A DNA stretch of 64,000 nucleotides from Isoptericola halotolerans (lineage in GTDB: Bacteria; Actinomycetota; Actinomycetes; Actinomycetales; Cellulomonadaceae), in contig NZ_JABEZU010000005.1 of NCBI RefSeq assembly GCF_013149785.1, positions 124,001 through 188,000 on the forward strand, written 5' to 3'. Each line of letters starts with the position of its first letter. Positions within the stretch are counted from its first letter, which is position 1. Position numbers and translations under genes: made by a program. Positions 24,400-33,041 of the stretch are shown piece after piece. The notes beneath the pieces are model-generated. The model had not been told where the DNA came from. It made no database searches and saw only the letters and a list, made by a program, of their open reading frames with translations.

Positions 24400-24839
24400 C
24401 GGCCACGGACCGCGCGGTCGAGCTGGCGGTCGTCGCCGCGCGCGCTGCCTCGGACCGCAAGGCGCAGGAGATCATCGCGCTGGACGTCAGCGAGCAGCTC
24501 GTCCTCACCGACGTCTTCCTCATCGCCTCCGGGACGAACGAGCGTCAGGTCGTCGCCGTCGTCGACGCCGTCGAGGAGGCGATGCTCGCCGCGGGCGCGA
24601 AGGCGATCCGCCGGGAGGGCAAGGCCGAGGGACGGTGGGTGCTGCTCGACTTCGGCGACGTGGTCGTCCACGTGCAGCACGCCGAGGACCGCGTCTACTA
24701 CGCGCTCGAGCGTCTCTGGAAGGACTGCCCCGAGGTCGTGCTGCCCGAGGACGCCCGGGGCGGCGACGGGGCGGCTGCCCGCGCGGAGTTCGGCGGTTCC
24801 TCGCCCGACGGCACGATCCACCTCTCCGGCGGGGTGTGA
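24396..24839 (+). CDS. rsfS: Ribosome silencing factor
   Basis: DVFLIASGTNERQV, WVLLDFGDVVVHV, YYALERLW. Confidence 0.95.
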   Translation: MTATDRAVELAVVAARAASDRKAQEIIALDVSEQLVLTDVFLIASGTNERQVVAVVDAVEEAMLAAGAKAIRREGKAEGRWVLLDFGDVVVHVQHAEDRVYYALERLWKDCPEVVLPEDARGGDGAAARAEFGGSSPDGTIHLSGGV

Positions 24840-24846
24840 CCCGGAC

Positions 24847-25533
24847 ATGACGGCTGGGACCATCGTGCTGCTGCGCCACGGACGAACCGCGTACAACGCG
24901 GCACTGCGTCTGCAGGGGCAGATCGACATCCCGTTGGACGAGGTGGGCAGGTGGCAGGCCGCCGAGGGTGCGTCAGCACTCCTGGCCTCCCACCGGGCGA
25001 CGCGCATCGTCTCCTCGGACCTGGTGCGTGCCGTGGACACCGCGGGCGCGTACGCGCGGCTCGTCGGGGCACCGGTCGAGGTCGACGTCCGGCTGCGCGA
25101 GCGGTCGTTCGGCGACTGGGAAGGGCTCACGGCCGACGAGATGGCGGCCGGCTGGCCCGCCGAGCGCGACGAGTGGCGCCGTGGCGGCGAGCCGCAGGGC
25201 ATCGGTGCGGAGACCAAGGTCGAGGTGGCGGCTCGCATGGTCGAGGCGGTGCTCGAGCACGCGGAGCGGCTCCAGGGTGACGAGAGTCTCGTGGTCGTCT
25301 CGCACGGCGCAGCGATCTCGTTGGCCATCACCGGCCTGCTCGGTCTGGACGCCGCCGGCTGGCGAGGCATCTCCGGCATGCACAACGTGCACTGGTCCCA
25401 CCTGCACCGATCCGCTCCGGGAGCGGTCCCGGGGTGGCGTCTCGTGGCGCACAACGTGGGGGCCGGCTACCCGCTGGACCGCTGGCAGGCAGGCCCGCAC
25501 GCGGATTTGGAGCCAGAGCCGAAGTCTGCCTAA
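24847..25533 (+). CDS. Histidine phosphatase family protein
   Basis: LLRHGRT, SSDLVRA, ERSFGDWEG, VSHG. Confidence 0.9.
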   Translation: MTAGTIVLLRHGRTAYNAALRLQGQIDIPLDEVGRWQAAEGASALLASHRATRIVSSDLVRAVDTAGAYARLVGAPVEVDVRLRERSFGDWEGLTADEMAAGWPAERDEWRRGGEPQGIGAETKVEVAARMVEAVLEHAERLQGDESLVVVSHGAAISLAITGLLGLDAAGWRGISGMHNVHWSHLHRSAPGAVPGWRLVAHNVGAGYPLDRWQAGPHADLEPEPKSA

Positions 25534-25611
25534 GATATCTCCGTTCCCAAGGGGCGCAAGCCCCCAGGAAGTGCACGAACCACCCGAATCCGGCGTCCGC
25601 GTCAGGTTCAC

Positions 25612-25687
25612 GGGGCTGTGGCGCAGCTGGTAGCGCATCTGCATGGCATGCAGAGGGTCAGGGGTTCGAGTCCCCTCAGCTCCACCA
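25612..25687 (+). tRNA. tRNA-Ala (anticodon GGC)
   Basis: 76-nt cloverleaf GGGGCTG...GTTCGAGTC...CAGCTCCACCA; anticodon arm TCTGC-ATGGCAT-GCAGA; encoded CCA. Confidence 0.96.
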
Positions 25688-25697
25688 GAAGGATCAT

Positions 25698-25739
25698 GAA
25701 CGACGAAGGCCCTGCCGAGAGGCGGGGCCTTCGTCGTTC
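25698..25739. terminator. Hairpin terminator after tRNA (possibly bidirectional)
   Basis: GAACGACGAAGGCCCTGCC-gaga-GGCGGGGCCTTCGTCGTTC. Confidence 0.8.
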
Positions 25740-25764
25740 TCAGAACCGCCCCCACGTGCGGTCC

Positions 25765-26367
25765 TCAGGGCCGGGGCGCGCGTGGGAACCCGGTCCACCG
25801 CAGCGCCGCGGGCAGGTGGCTCTGGTCGTTGAACATCACCAGACCGGCCGGCTGACCCGGGCGGTGCTCGATGACGGTCAGCGCCGTGTTGGCGCTCTCG
25901 AGGCCGAGCCACCGTTGCGTGGGGGAGCCGAGCGCGTCGCGGACCAGCCAGGCGATCGGGTAGGCATGGGTGACGAGGACCTCGTGGGCGTCTCCTGGCC
26001 CGGCGGTCCCGACGGCGAAGCGGCGGGTCAGCGATCGCGAGACCTGTCGGCCCGCAGCGGCCTCGGCGGCGTCGAACCCGTCGAAGAACGGCCTCCACGC
26101 CGGCGGCATCTCGTCGTCCGCCGGGACGTCGGGGACGTGGTCGACCAGCTCTGGAGCCTCGGCCACCTCGACGCCGGGTCCGAGCCGTGCGGCGATCTCC
26201 TGGGCGCTGGTGGCCGCGCGGGGAAGCGGTGAGTGCCAGACGGCGTCGACGGGCAGGTGCGCGAGCCTGCTGCCGAGAAGGCGGGCCTGCTCGCGGCCGA
26301 CGTCGGTGAGCTCTCCGAAGGGATCGGCGTGACCGTGCCGCGCGAGGTAGAGAAATCGGGTCGCCAT
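25765..26367 (-). CDS. Histidine phosphatase family protein
   Basis: MATRFLYLARHGH, HSPLPRA, LVTHAYPI, FNDQSHL; 14 nt downstream of the dikinase-like gene. Confidence 0.88.
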   Translation of the reverse strand: MATRFLYLARHGHADPFGELTDVGREQARLLGSRLAHLPVDAVWHSPLPRAATSAQEIAARLGPGVEVAEAPELVDHVPDVPADDEMPPAWRPFFDGFDAAEAAAGRQVSRSLTRRFAVGTAGPGDAHEVLVTHAYPIAWLVRDALGSPTQRWLGLESANTALTVIEHRPGQPAGLVMFNDQSHLPAALRWTGFPRAPRP

Positions 26368-26381
26368 GGGTCTCCCAGGGG

Positions 26382-27533
26382 TCAGGACGGCGCGAGGCGG
26401 ACCGTGCCCGCCGTGCCGTCGACGGTGACAGGGCTCCCGTCGAGGATCGCGGTGGTGGCGCCGCGGACCCCCAGGGCAGCAGGGAGGCCCTGCTCGCGTG
26501 CCACGATCGCGGCGTGGCTGAGCGCTCCGCCGACCTCGGTGACGATGCCCGCCGCGACGCGGAACAGGGGCGTCCACGCCGGGTCGGTGTCGCGGCAGAC
26601 CACGATGTCTCCGGGGCGCACCCGGGGGATGTCGGACGGACCGTGCAGCACGCGGGCCGTCCCGGAGGCCGTCCCGTGGGAGCCGGGCGTACCGGCCAGG
26701 AGCAGGCCCGGCGCGTCGGGGACGGTGATGCGCCACGAGGGCAGCGGCGCGGTGATCGGTCTGGCCTGGAGCAGCCGGAGCGTGCGGCCCGCGAGCGCCC
26801 ACTCGACGTCCTGAGGTCGGCCGAGCTCGGCCGCGACCTGGTGACCGAGCTCGGTGAGCTCGCGGGCGGTGCCGTCGTCGAGGGTGGGGGTGGCCCGGTG
26901 GGCCGGGGGGACGGCCTGCGCCGTGAGGCCGCCGACGTGCCGGTCCCTGTCCACGCGTGTCGCCTTGCTGCCGAGGGCGCGGCGGACGGCGCCGTCGGGC
27001 GCCACCAGGTAGGTGTCCGGGGTGACCGTCCCGCCGACCGTGCTCGGACCCAGACCCCAGGACGCCTCGATCCGGGTGCTGCCGCCGGTGTGCGTGGGGG
27101 TGAACATCACGCCTGAGGTGTCGGCGTCGACCAGACGCTGCACCAGCACCGCCATGGCGGTGTCGTCCTGAGCGGCGCGACCGGAGGCTGCGGACGCCCA
27201 GCAGGTGCGGATCGCGTCCATGACCGCCGGCGCTCCCCGGACGGCGAGGACGGTCGTGTACCGGCCGGCGGCGGACGTGCCCGGGGCGTCTTCGTCGGTC
27301 GCCGATGATCGGACGGCGAGGAACGGGTCACCCATCGTCGCGAGGCGTCGGGCGACGTCCCTGCGCAGAGCGTCATGGACCAGCGGATCGTCGCCGGCCC
27401 CAGCGGCTCGGTGTGCTGCGAGAGGCACGACGAACCCGTCCGGCACGGGCAGGCCCGCACGGAGCAGCGTGGCCAGTGCGGCGGCCTTGTGGCCGCACGT
27501 CGAGGCGTCGGCGTGCGCCAGTGTGGTGAGCAT
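26382..27533 (-). CDS. Minimal PEP-synthase/RPH-like protein (ATP-grasp plus phospho-His swivel domain only)
   Basis: GHKAAAL, VPDGF, AVRSSA..ED..S.AGRY, MAVLVQ, DVEWA, LLQARPIT, then directly TDPAWTPLF and TEVGGALSHAAIVARE; 383 aa. Confidence 0.88.
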   Translation of the reverse strand: MLTTLAHADASTCGHKAAALATLLRAGLPVPDGFVVPLAAHRAAGAGDDPLVHDALRRDVARRLATMGDPFLAVRSSATDEDAPGTSAAGRYTTVLAVRGAPAVMDAIRTCWASAASGRAAQDDTAMAVLVQRLVDADTSGVMFTPTHTGGSTRIEASWGLGPSTVGGTVTPDTYLVAPDGAVRRALGSKATRVDRDRHVGGLTAQAVPPAHRATPTLDDGTARELTELGHQVAAELGRPQDVEWALAGRTLRLLQARPITAPLPSWRITVPDAPGLLLAGTPGSHGTASGTARVLHGPSDIPRVRPGDIVVCRDTDPAWTPLFRVAAGIVTEVGGALSHAAIVAREQGLPAALGVRGATTAILDGSPVTVDGTAGTVRLAPS

Positions 27534-27540
27534 GACCGGT

Positions 27541-27580
27541 TCAACAATCCGTTGACAATAATTTGTTGATTCTGCAGGAT
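27541..27580. promoter_or_regulatory. Divergent promoter with palindromic operators
   Basis: TCAAC-aatcc-GTTGA (27541-27555) and ACAAT-aattt-GTTGA (27555-27569); TTGACA(27552)-N17-CAGGAT(27575), then ATG 7 nt later. Confidence 0.75.
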
Positions 27581-27587
27581 GTCACGC

Positions 27588-27983
27588 ATGGAACGCAAGG
27601 ACGACCTCGACCACGAGCCGGACGCCGACCAGCGGCAGGCTCGCCGGGAGCACCGTGCGCAGGAGCGGCTCTCCGCCCTGGCGACCGGGCGCCTCGAGCC
27701 CCGTCCGTGGAGGCCGCACCCTCTGCCGCCGGCCGCCGTGGAACTGGTGCAGCTGGCCCTGTGGCGGTCGTCCGACCTGGAGACCGAGGACCTGCTCGGT
27801 GCGCTCACGTTGCTACCTGCCGCCCGGGCGGAGGTCGACGGTCTCGAGAGCGGGCTGCTCTTCACGGCGCGCAGCGCGGGGCTGACGTGGGCACAGATCG
27901 CCGACGCGATGGGCTACAGGTCCCCCCAGGCCTGCCAGCAGCACTTCACGCGGCTCACCGCCCGGCACGGCGAACGCTCGTGA
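27588..27983 (+). CDS. HTH DNA-binding protein
   Basis: C-terminal ARSAGLTWAQIADAMGYRSPQACQQHF helix-turn-helix pattern. Confidence 0.78.
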   Translation: MERKDDLDHEPDADQRQARREHRAQERLSALATGRLEPRPWRPHPLPPAAVELVQLALWRSSDLETEDLLGALTLLPAARAEVDGLESGLLFTARSAGLTWAQIADAMGYRSPQACQQHFTRLTARHGERS

Positions 27984-28612
27984 GCGCTCCGCCGACGGTG
28001 CTGCCGGTGCTGCATGCGGTGCGCCTGCTCGGCTTCGCCGATCTCCTCGAGGTCGCCGACCGTGCCGGCCTCGACCTCGAGGACACGGCCCGGGAGCTGC
28101 ATGGCGCGGCCCTCCGCGGCTGGGTCCAGCACACCTCCTTCGCCGACCTCGACGGCTGGTCGCTGACCCAGGCCGGCAAGGCCGAGAACGAGCGGCTGCT
28201 CGCTCGTGAGCGCGTCGACGCCGACCTCCACGGAGTGATCGCGGCCGGTCACCGCGAGTTCCTCCCGCTCAACGCGCGGCTGCTGCAGGCCTGCACCGAC
28301 TGGCAGCTCAGGCCCACCGGCTCCGGCCGGTGGGTGCCCAACGATCACACCGACCCCGAGCGGGACGGTCGTGTCCTGGGCGAGCTCGCAGCCCTCGCGA
28401 CCGCCCTGGCGCCGTTGGTCCAGCGCCTGGCCGGCGTGCTCGAGCGGTTCGGCGGCTACGACGTCCGTTTCGCGGCGGCGCTGCGTCGTGCGCAGTCCGG
28501 CCGGAGCGAGTGGGTCGACGGCAGCGGTGTCGACTCCTGCCACCGCGTCTGGTCCCAGCTGCACGAGGACCTGCTCGCCACGCTGGGCATCGACCGCCGG
28601 GACGAGACCTGA
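27980..28612 (+). CDS. Winged-helix protein, Rv1126c-like putative regulator
   Basis: VLHAVRLLG...WSLTQAG wHTH; FLPLNARL..ACTDWQLR, PNDHTD, DSCHRVWSQLHEDL; GTGA coupling to upstream gene; similarity to Rv1126c is from recall. Confidence 0.75.
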   Translation: MSAPPTVLPVLHAVRLLGFADLLEVADRAGLDLEDTARELHGAALRGWVQHTSFADLDGWSLTQAGKAENERLLARERVDADLHGVIAAGHREFLPLNARLLQACTDWQLRPTGSGRWVPNDHTDPERDGRVLGELAALATALAPLVQRLAGVLERFGGYDVRFAAALRRAQSGRSEWVDGSGVDSCHRVWSQLHEDLLATLGIDRRDET

Positions 28613-28642
28613 GCTGCGTCCGGTCGACCCGACACGGGTCGG

Positions 28643-28972
28643 TCAGCCTTCGCGGATCGTCATCCGGGTGATGCTGTCGCCGTCGAGGTCGAAGGCGAAG
28701 CTGCTGCGACCGTTGGCGTGGTTGCTGCGCCAGTCGCCGACGACCGTGACGCTGCCGCCGTCGACGGTCACCTCCTCCGGCGTGAGGGTGCCACGGGCGC
28801 CGATGAACTCCTTGTCGCTCCATTCCTTGATCGCCTCGCGACCGGCGAAGAGGCGCCCCCAGTCGTCCACCACGCCGTCGGTGGTGAAGGCGTCGAGAAA
28901 GCCTGCCTCGTCGTGCCGGTTGACGGCGTCGACGAACGACGCCACGGGAGCGGGGATCTGCAGATCGGGCAT
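28643..28972 (-). CDS. SnoaL/NTF2-like protein
   Basis: FVDAVNRHD..FLDAFT.DGVVDDWG..F.GREAI..W pattern; AGGAGG RBS. Confidence 0.8.
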   Translation of the reverse strand: MPDLQIPAPVASFVDAVNRHDEAGFLDAFTTDGVVDDWGRLFAGREAIKEWSDKEFIGARGTLTPEEVTVDGGSVTVVGDWRSNHANGRSSFAFDLDGDSITRMTIREG

Positions 28973-29087
28973 GGTGGCCTCCTGGTGCCGCTGGATGTCG
29001 TCCCGACGCTACCGCCCGACGGCGGACCGCACCTGTCGCTCGCGGTTCTCCGCACATGTCACCGCGGTAAACCCTTGTCGGTATCTG

Positions 29088-29116
29088 TTGACAGCCCTCG
29101 GGGGGACACGTAGAAG
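29088..29116 (+). promoter_or_regulatory. Sigma70-type promoter of ectB-doeA-ALDH operon
   Basis: TTGACA-N17-TAGAAG, ATG 6 nt downstream, no Shine-Dalgarno. Confidence 0.6.
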
Positions 29117-29122
29117 TGGTTG

Positions 29123-30367
29123 ATGGAGGCGTTCGAGAAGTGGGAATCCGAGATCCGCGGTTACAGCCGCACGTACCCGACGGTCTTCGCGTCGGCATCG
29201 AACGCCCGGCAGGTCGATGAGGCCGGGCGCAGCTATGTCGACTTCTTCGCCGGTGCGGGCGTCCTGAACTTCGGCCACAACAACCAGCGCATGAAGCGCG
29301 CGATGATCGAGTTCCTCGAGTCCGACGGCGTGGCGCACAGCCTGGACATGGCGACCACGACCAAGCGGGACTTCATGGAGAAGTTCGTCGAGACCGTCCT
29401 GGCACCGCGCGACATGACCATGAAGATGCAGTTCATGGGCCCGACGGGCACCAACGCCGTGGAAGCGGCCCTCAAGCTCGCCCGGCGCGTCACGGGCCGC
29501 CGCGACGTGGTGGCCTTCACGAACGGTTTCCACGGGATGACCCTCGGCGCGCTCGCGGCGACCGCCAACGACTACTTCCGCAACGCGGCGGGAGTGCCGC
29601 TGGACCACGTGGTACGGCTGCCCTTCGACACGGCGCCCGGGGGAGGGGTCCAGGCGGTCGCCGACTTCCGGGCCCTGCTGCTCGACGCGTCCAGCGGCTT
29701 CGTGCCGCCGGCGGCGTTCCTCGTCGAGACCATCCAGGCCGAGGGCGGCGTCCATGTCGCGAGCGCCGAGTGGCTGCGGGCGGTCCAGGACCTGGCGCAC
29801 GAGGTCGGGGCGCTGTTCATCATCGACGACATCCAGGTCGGGTGCGGCCGTACCGGCAGCTACTTCAGCTTCGACGGCATGGGGCTGGACCCGGACATCG
29901 TCTGCCTGGCCAAGGGCATCGGCGGGTTCGGTACGCCGCTGGCGATGAACCTCAACAAGCCCGAGCACGACGCGCACTGGTCGCCCGGCGAGCACACCGG
30001 CACGTTCCGGGGGCAGGGTCTGTCCTTCGTGGCCGGGCGGGAAGCACTGGCCTACTTCGACGACGACGTGCTCATGGACGAGGTCGCCGCGAAGGGTGAG
30101 CGGATGGTCTCCGCCCTGCGAGCGATCGCCGACGACGTCGGCGGCGGTGTCAGCGTGCGCGGACGCGGCATGGTCCAGGGACTCGACGTCGTCGACGGGG
30201 CCGTGGCCAAGGCGGTCGTCGCCGACTGCTTCAGCAACGGCCTGCTCATCGGTGCCTGCGGCTCGGGCGGACGGGTGCTCAAGCTGATCCCGCCGCTGAC
30301 GATCCCTGACGAGGACCTCGACGAGGGCCTGCAGATCCTTGACAAGGCCGTGCGACGCGCCATCTGA
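29123..30367 (+). CDS. ectB: Diaminobutyrate-2-oxoglutarate transaminase (EctB-type, class III PLP)
   Basis: FEKWESEIRGYSR, DFFAGAGVLNFGHN, GPTGTNAVEAALK, DDIQVGCGRTG, CLAKG, PGEHTGTFRG. Confidence 0.88.
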   Translation: MEAFEKWESEIRGYSRTYPTVFASASNARQVDEAGRSYVDFFAGAGVLNFGHNNQRMKRAMIEFLESDGVAHSLDMATTTKRDFMEKFVETVLAPRDMTMKMQFMGPTGTNAVEAALKLARRVTGRRDVVAFTNGFHGMTLGALAATANDYFRNAAGVPLDHVVRLPFDTAPGGGVQAVADFRALLLDASSGFVPPAAFLVETIQAEGGVHVASAEWLRAVQDLAHEVGALFIIDDIQVGCGRTGSYFSFDGMGLDPDIVCLAKGIGGFGTPLAMNLNKPEHDAHWSPGEHTGTFRGQGLSFVAGREALAYFDDDVLMDEVAAKGERMVSALRAIADDVGGGVSVRGRGMVQGLDVVDGAVAKAVVADCFSNGLLIGACGSGGRVLKLIPPLTIPDEDLDEGLQILDKAVRRAI

Positions 30368-30387
30368 CCGACCGACAGGAGCCCGGG

Positions 30388-31611
30388 ATGAACCCACGCG
30401 ACGACATGACGTTCCCGTTCGAGGAGTACGAGAGGCGCGTGGGCGAGCTGCGCCGACGGATGGCCGACCGGCTGCTCGACGCGGTGGTGATCACCGACCC
30501 GGAGAACCTCATGTACCTCACGGACTACCAGACCACGGGGTACTCGTTCTTCCAGGCGCTGGTCGTCCCGCTGGACGGCGAACCGTTCATGATCACGCGT
30601 GCGATGGAGGAGTCGAACGTCCACGCCCGCACCTGGGTGGAGAAGACCCGGCCGTACCCCGACACCGGTGACGCGATCCAGGGGCTCGTCCAGGCGATGC
30701 GGGAGTTCGGGCTGCACACCAAGGAGGTCGGGTACGAGCGCAACAGCTACTACTTCCCGGCCTACCACCAGGACTACATCCACGCGTCGTTCACCGAGGG
30801 ACGCCTGCTCGACTGCTTCGGCATCGTCGAGGAGGGGCGGGTGTGCAAGTCGCCCGTCGAGATCGACATCATGCGCAAGGCCGCCCAGGCGACCGAGGCG
30901 GGGATGCGGGCCGGGCTCGAGGCGTGCGCGCCCGGGGTGACGGAGAACGAGATCGCCGCGGAGATCAGCTCGGCCATGTTCCGCGCCGGCGGCGAGTTCC
31001 CGGCCGTCATGCCGTACGTCACCTCGGGGCCCCGCAGCATGATCGGGCACGCCACCTGGGAGGGGCGCACGGTCCAGCCGGGCGAGCACGTCTTCCTGGA
31101 GGTCGGCGGGTGCTTCCGCCGCTACCACACGGCGATGATGCGTACCGCCGTCCTCGACGACCTGTCCGACTCCATGTTCGAGGCGCAGGAGCGGATGAAG
31201 CTGGCGCTCAGCGAGGTGGAGGCTGCGATCCGCCCCGGGCTGACCGTGTCCGACGCCGACAACATCGTGCGCAGCATCATCAGCGAGAACCGGGTGGGTG
31301 CCCGGTTGGTCACGCGGTCGGGCTACTCCATCGGCATCGCCTTCCCGCCGAGCTGGGACGAGGGCTACATCGTCAGCCTCAACCAGGGCAACCCCGCGAT
31401 CCTGCGCGAGGGGATGACGTTCCACATCCTGCCGTGGATGTGGGGGGTGGACGGCGACAAGACCGTCGGCATCTCCGACACCGTCCACGTCACGGCGGAC
31501 GGCTGCGAGTCCTTCTTCACCCTCGACAAGGACTTCACCGTCACCTCGGAGTCCTCCACGGGTGCGGTGCCGCAGGAGGGCGCCACACCGATCCGTCCCG
31601 AAGTCGCCTGA
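30388..31611 (+). CDS. doeA: Ectoine hydrolase DoeA/EutD-like (M24 fold)
   Basis: F..EEYERR..LRRRM..LD..DPENLMYLT N-terminus; GYSIGIAFPPSWDEG and GMTFH C-terminus lacking the peptidase GHG metal motif; adjacent to ectB-type gene. Confidence 0.8.
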   Translation: MNPRDDMTFPFEEYERRVGELRRRMADRLLDAVVITDPENLMYLTDYQTTGYSFFQALVVPLDGEPFMITRAMEESNVHARTWVEKTRPYPDTGDAIQGLVQAMREFGLHTKEVGYERNSYYFPAYHQDYIHASFTEGRLLDCFGIVEEGRVCKSPVEIDIMRKAAQATEAGMRAGLEACAPGVTENEIAAEISSAMFRAGGEFPAVMPYVTSGPRSMIGHATWEGRTVQPGEHVFLEVGGCFRRYHTAMMRTAVLDDLSDSMFEAQERMKLALSEVEAAIRPGLTVSDADNIVRSIISENRVGARLVTRSGYSIGIAFPPSWDEGYIVSLNQGNPAILREGMTFHILPWMWGVDGDKTVGISDTVHVTADGCESFFTLDKDFTVTSESSTGAVPQEGATPIRPEVA

Positions 31612-31621
31612 GAGGAGCACC

Positions 31622-33004
31622 ATGCTCACTGTGATCGACCCCAGCACCGGCGAGGTCGTCCGCGAGGTCCCGCCCGCGGATGCCGCCAGGACGGAGGCCG
31701 TGCTGGCCGCCGCCGAGGCCGCCCGGAGCGCGTGGGCCGCCCGCGGGCTCGACGGGCGCGGCGAGGTGCTGCGAGCGGTGGCAGCCCGCCTGCGCGCCCA
31801 GGTCGAGGAGCTCGCCCCGGTGATGACCGAGGAGATGGGCAAGCCGATCCGCGAGGCCCGGGGCGAGGTGGAGAAGGCGGCCTGGTGCTTCGAGCACTAC
31901 GCCGACCACGGAGCGCAGTACCTCGCACCGGAGACGATCGAGTCGGACGCCACCCACAGCTACGTCCAGCACCTGCCGCTGGGCACCGTGCTGGGCGTGC
32001 TGCCCTGGAACGCGCCCTTCTGGCTGGCGGCGCGGTTCGCCGCGCCGGCACTCATGGCGGGCAACACCTGCGTGATGAAGCACGACCCCCACGTGCCCGG
32101 GTGCGCCCGAGCCTTTGCCGAGGTGGTGGCTGCCGAGCTGGAGGCGGCCGGCGCGCCCGCCGGGGTGTTCGCCGACCTCCCGCTGGAGACCCCGGCGGTC
32201 GCCGACGTCATCCGGGACCGCCGCATCGACGCGGTCTCCTTCACGGGGTCGGCGAAGGGGGGCGCCGCCGTCGCGAGCGTCGCGGCCGGGGAGATCAAGC
32301 CGACGGTCCTGGAGCTCGGTGGCTCCGACCCCTGCCTCGTGCTGGCCGACGCCGACCTGGACGCCGCGGCCGACACCATCACGCTGTCCCGGATCATCAA
32401 CGCCGGGCAGTCGTGCATCGCCGCCAAGCGCATCATCGTCGAGTCGTCGGTCTACGACGAGCTCGTCGAGCGTCTGCGCCTGCGGCTGGAGAAGCTGACC
32501 CTCGGTGACCCCCGTGCCGAGAGCACCGACGTCGGCCCGATCGCGCGCGCCGACCTGCGCGACGGGCTGCACCGGCAGGTGTCCGAGACGGTCGAGGCGG
32601 GCGCTCGGCTCCTGCTGGGCGGCGAGCTCCCGGACGGGCCGGGCTACTACTACCCGGTCACGCTGCTCGCCGACGTCACGGAGACGATGACCGCGTGCCG
32701 CGAGGAGACCTTCGGACCGGTGATGGTCGTCATGGAGGCAGCCGACGACGAGGCGGCGCTCGCGATGGCGAACGACACCGACTACGGTCTCGCCGCCTCG
32801 GTGTGGTCGACGTCGGAGCGCGGCGAGGCGATGGCGTCCCGCATCGCGGCGGGCCAGGTGGCGGTCAACGGCATCGTCAAGACCGACCCGCGCCTCCCCA
32901 GCGGGGGGATCAAGGGATCCGGGTACGGTCGGGAGCTCGGACCGCACGGGATCCGGGAGTTCGTCAACGCCCAGCAGGTGTGGGTGGGCCCTCGCCGGGG
33001 CTGA
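31622..33004 (+). CDS. NAD(P)-dependent aldehyde dehydrogenase (succinate-semialdehyde dehydrogenase-like)
   Basis: PWNAP, FTGS, LELGGSDP, AGQSCIAAKR, EETFGP; GAGGAG RBS. Confidence 0.92.
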   Translation: MLTVIDPSTGEVVREVPPADAARTEAVLAAAEAARSAWAARGLDGRGEVLRAVAARLRAQVEELAPVMTEEMGKPIREARGEVEKAAWCFEHYADHGAQYLAPETIESDATHSYVQHLPLGTVLGVLPWNAPFWLAARFAAPALMAGNTCVMKHDPHVPGCARAFAEVVAAELEAAGAPAGVFADLPLETPAVADVIRDRRIDAVSFTGSAKGGAAVASVAAGEIKPTVLELGGSDPCLVLADADLDAAADTITLSRIINAGQSCIAAKRIIVESSVYDELVERLRLRLEKLTLGDPRAESTDVGPIARADLRDGLHRQVSETVEAGARLLLGGELPDGPGYYYPVTLLADVTETMTACREETFGPVMVVMEAADDEAALAMANDTDYGLAASVWSTSERGEAMASRIAAGQVAVNGIVKTDPRLPSGGIKGSGYGRELGPHGIREFVNAQQVWVGPRRG

Positions 33005-33041
33005 GCGCCGTCCGGGTGTCTGGCCCCGGGCGCACGAGCTC

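Noticed and set aside
26382..27533. Rifampin phosphotransferase resistance gene or true PEP synthase
   Set aside because: Neither the rifampin-binding nor the pyruvate-binding domain is present.
29123..30367. Ectoine biosynthesis cluster
   Set aside because: No ectA or ectC; neighbours are a hydrolase and an aldehyde dehydrogenase.
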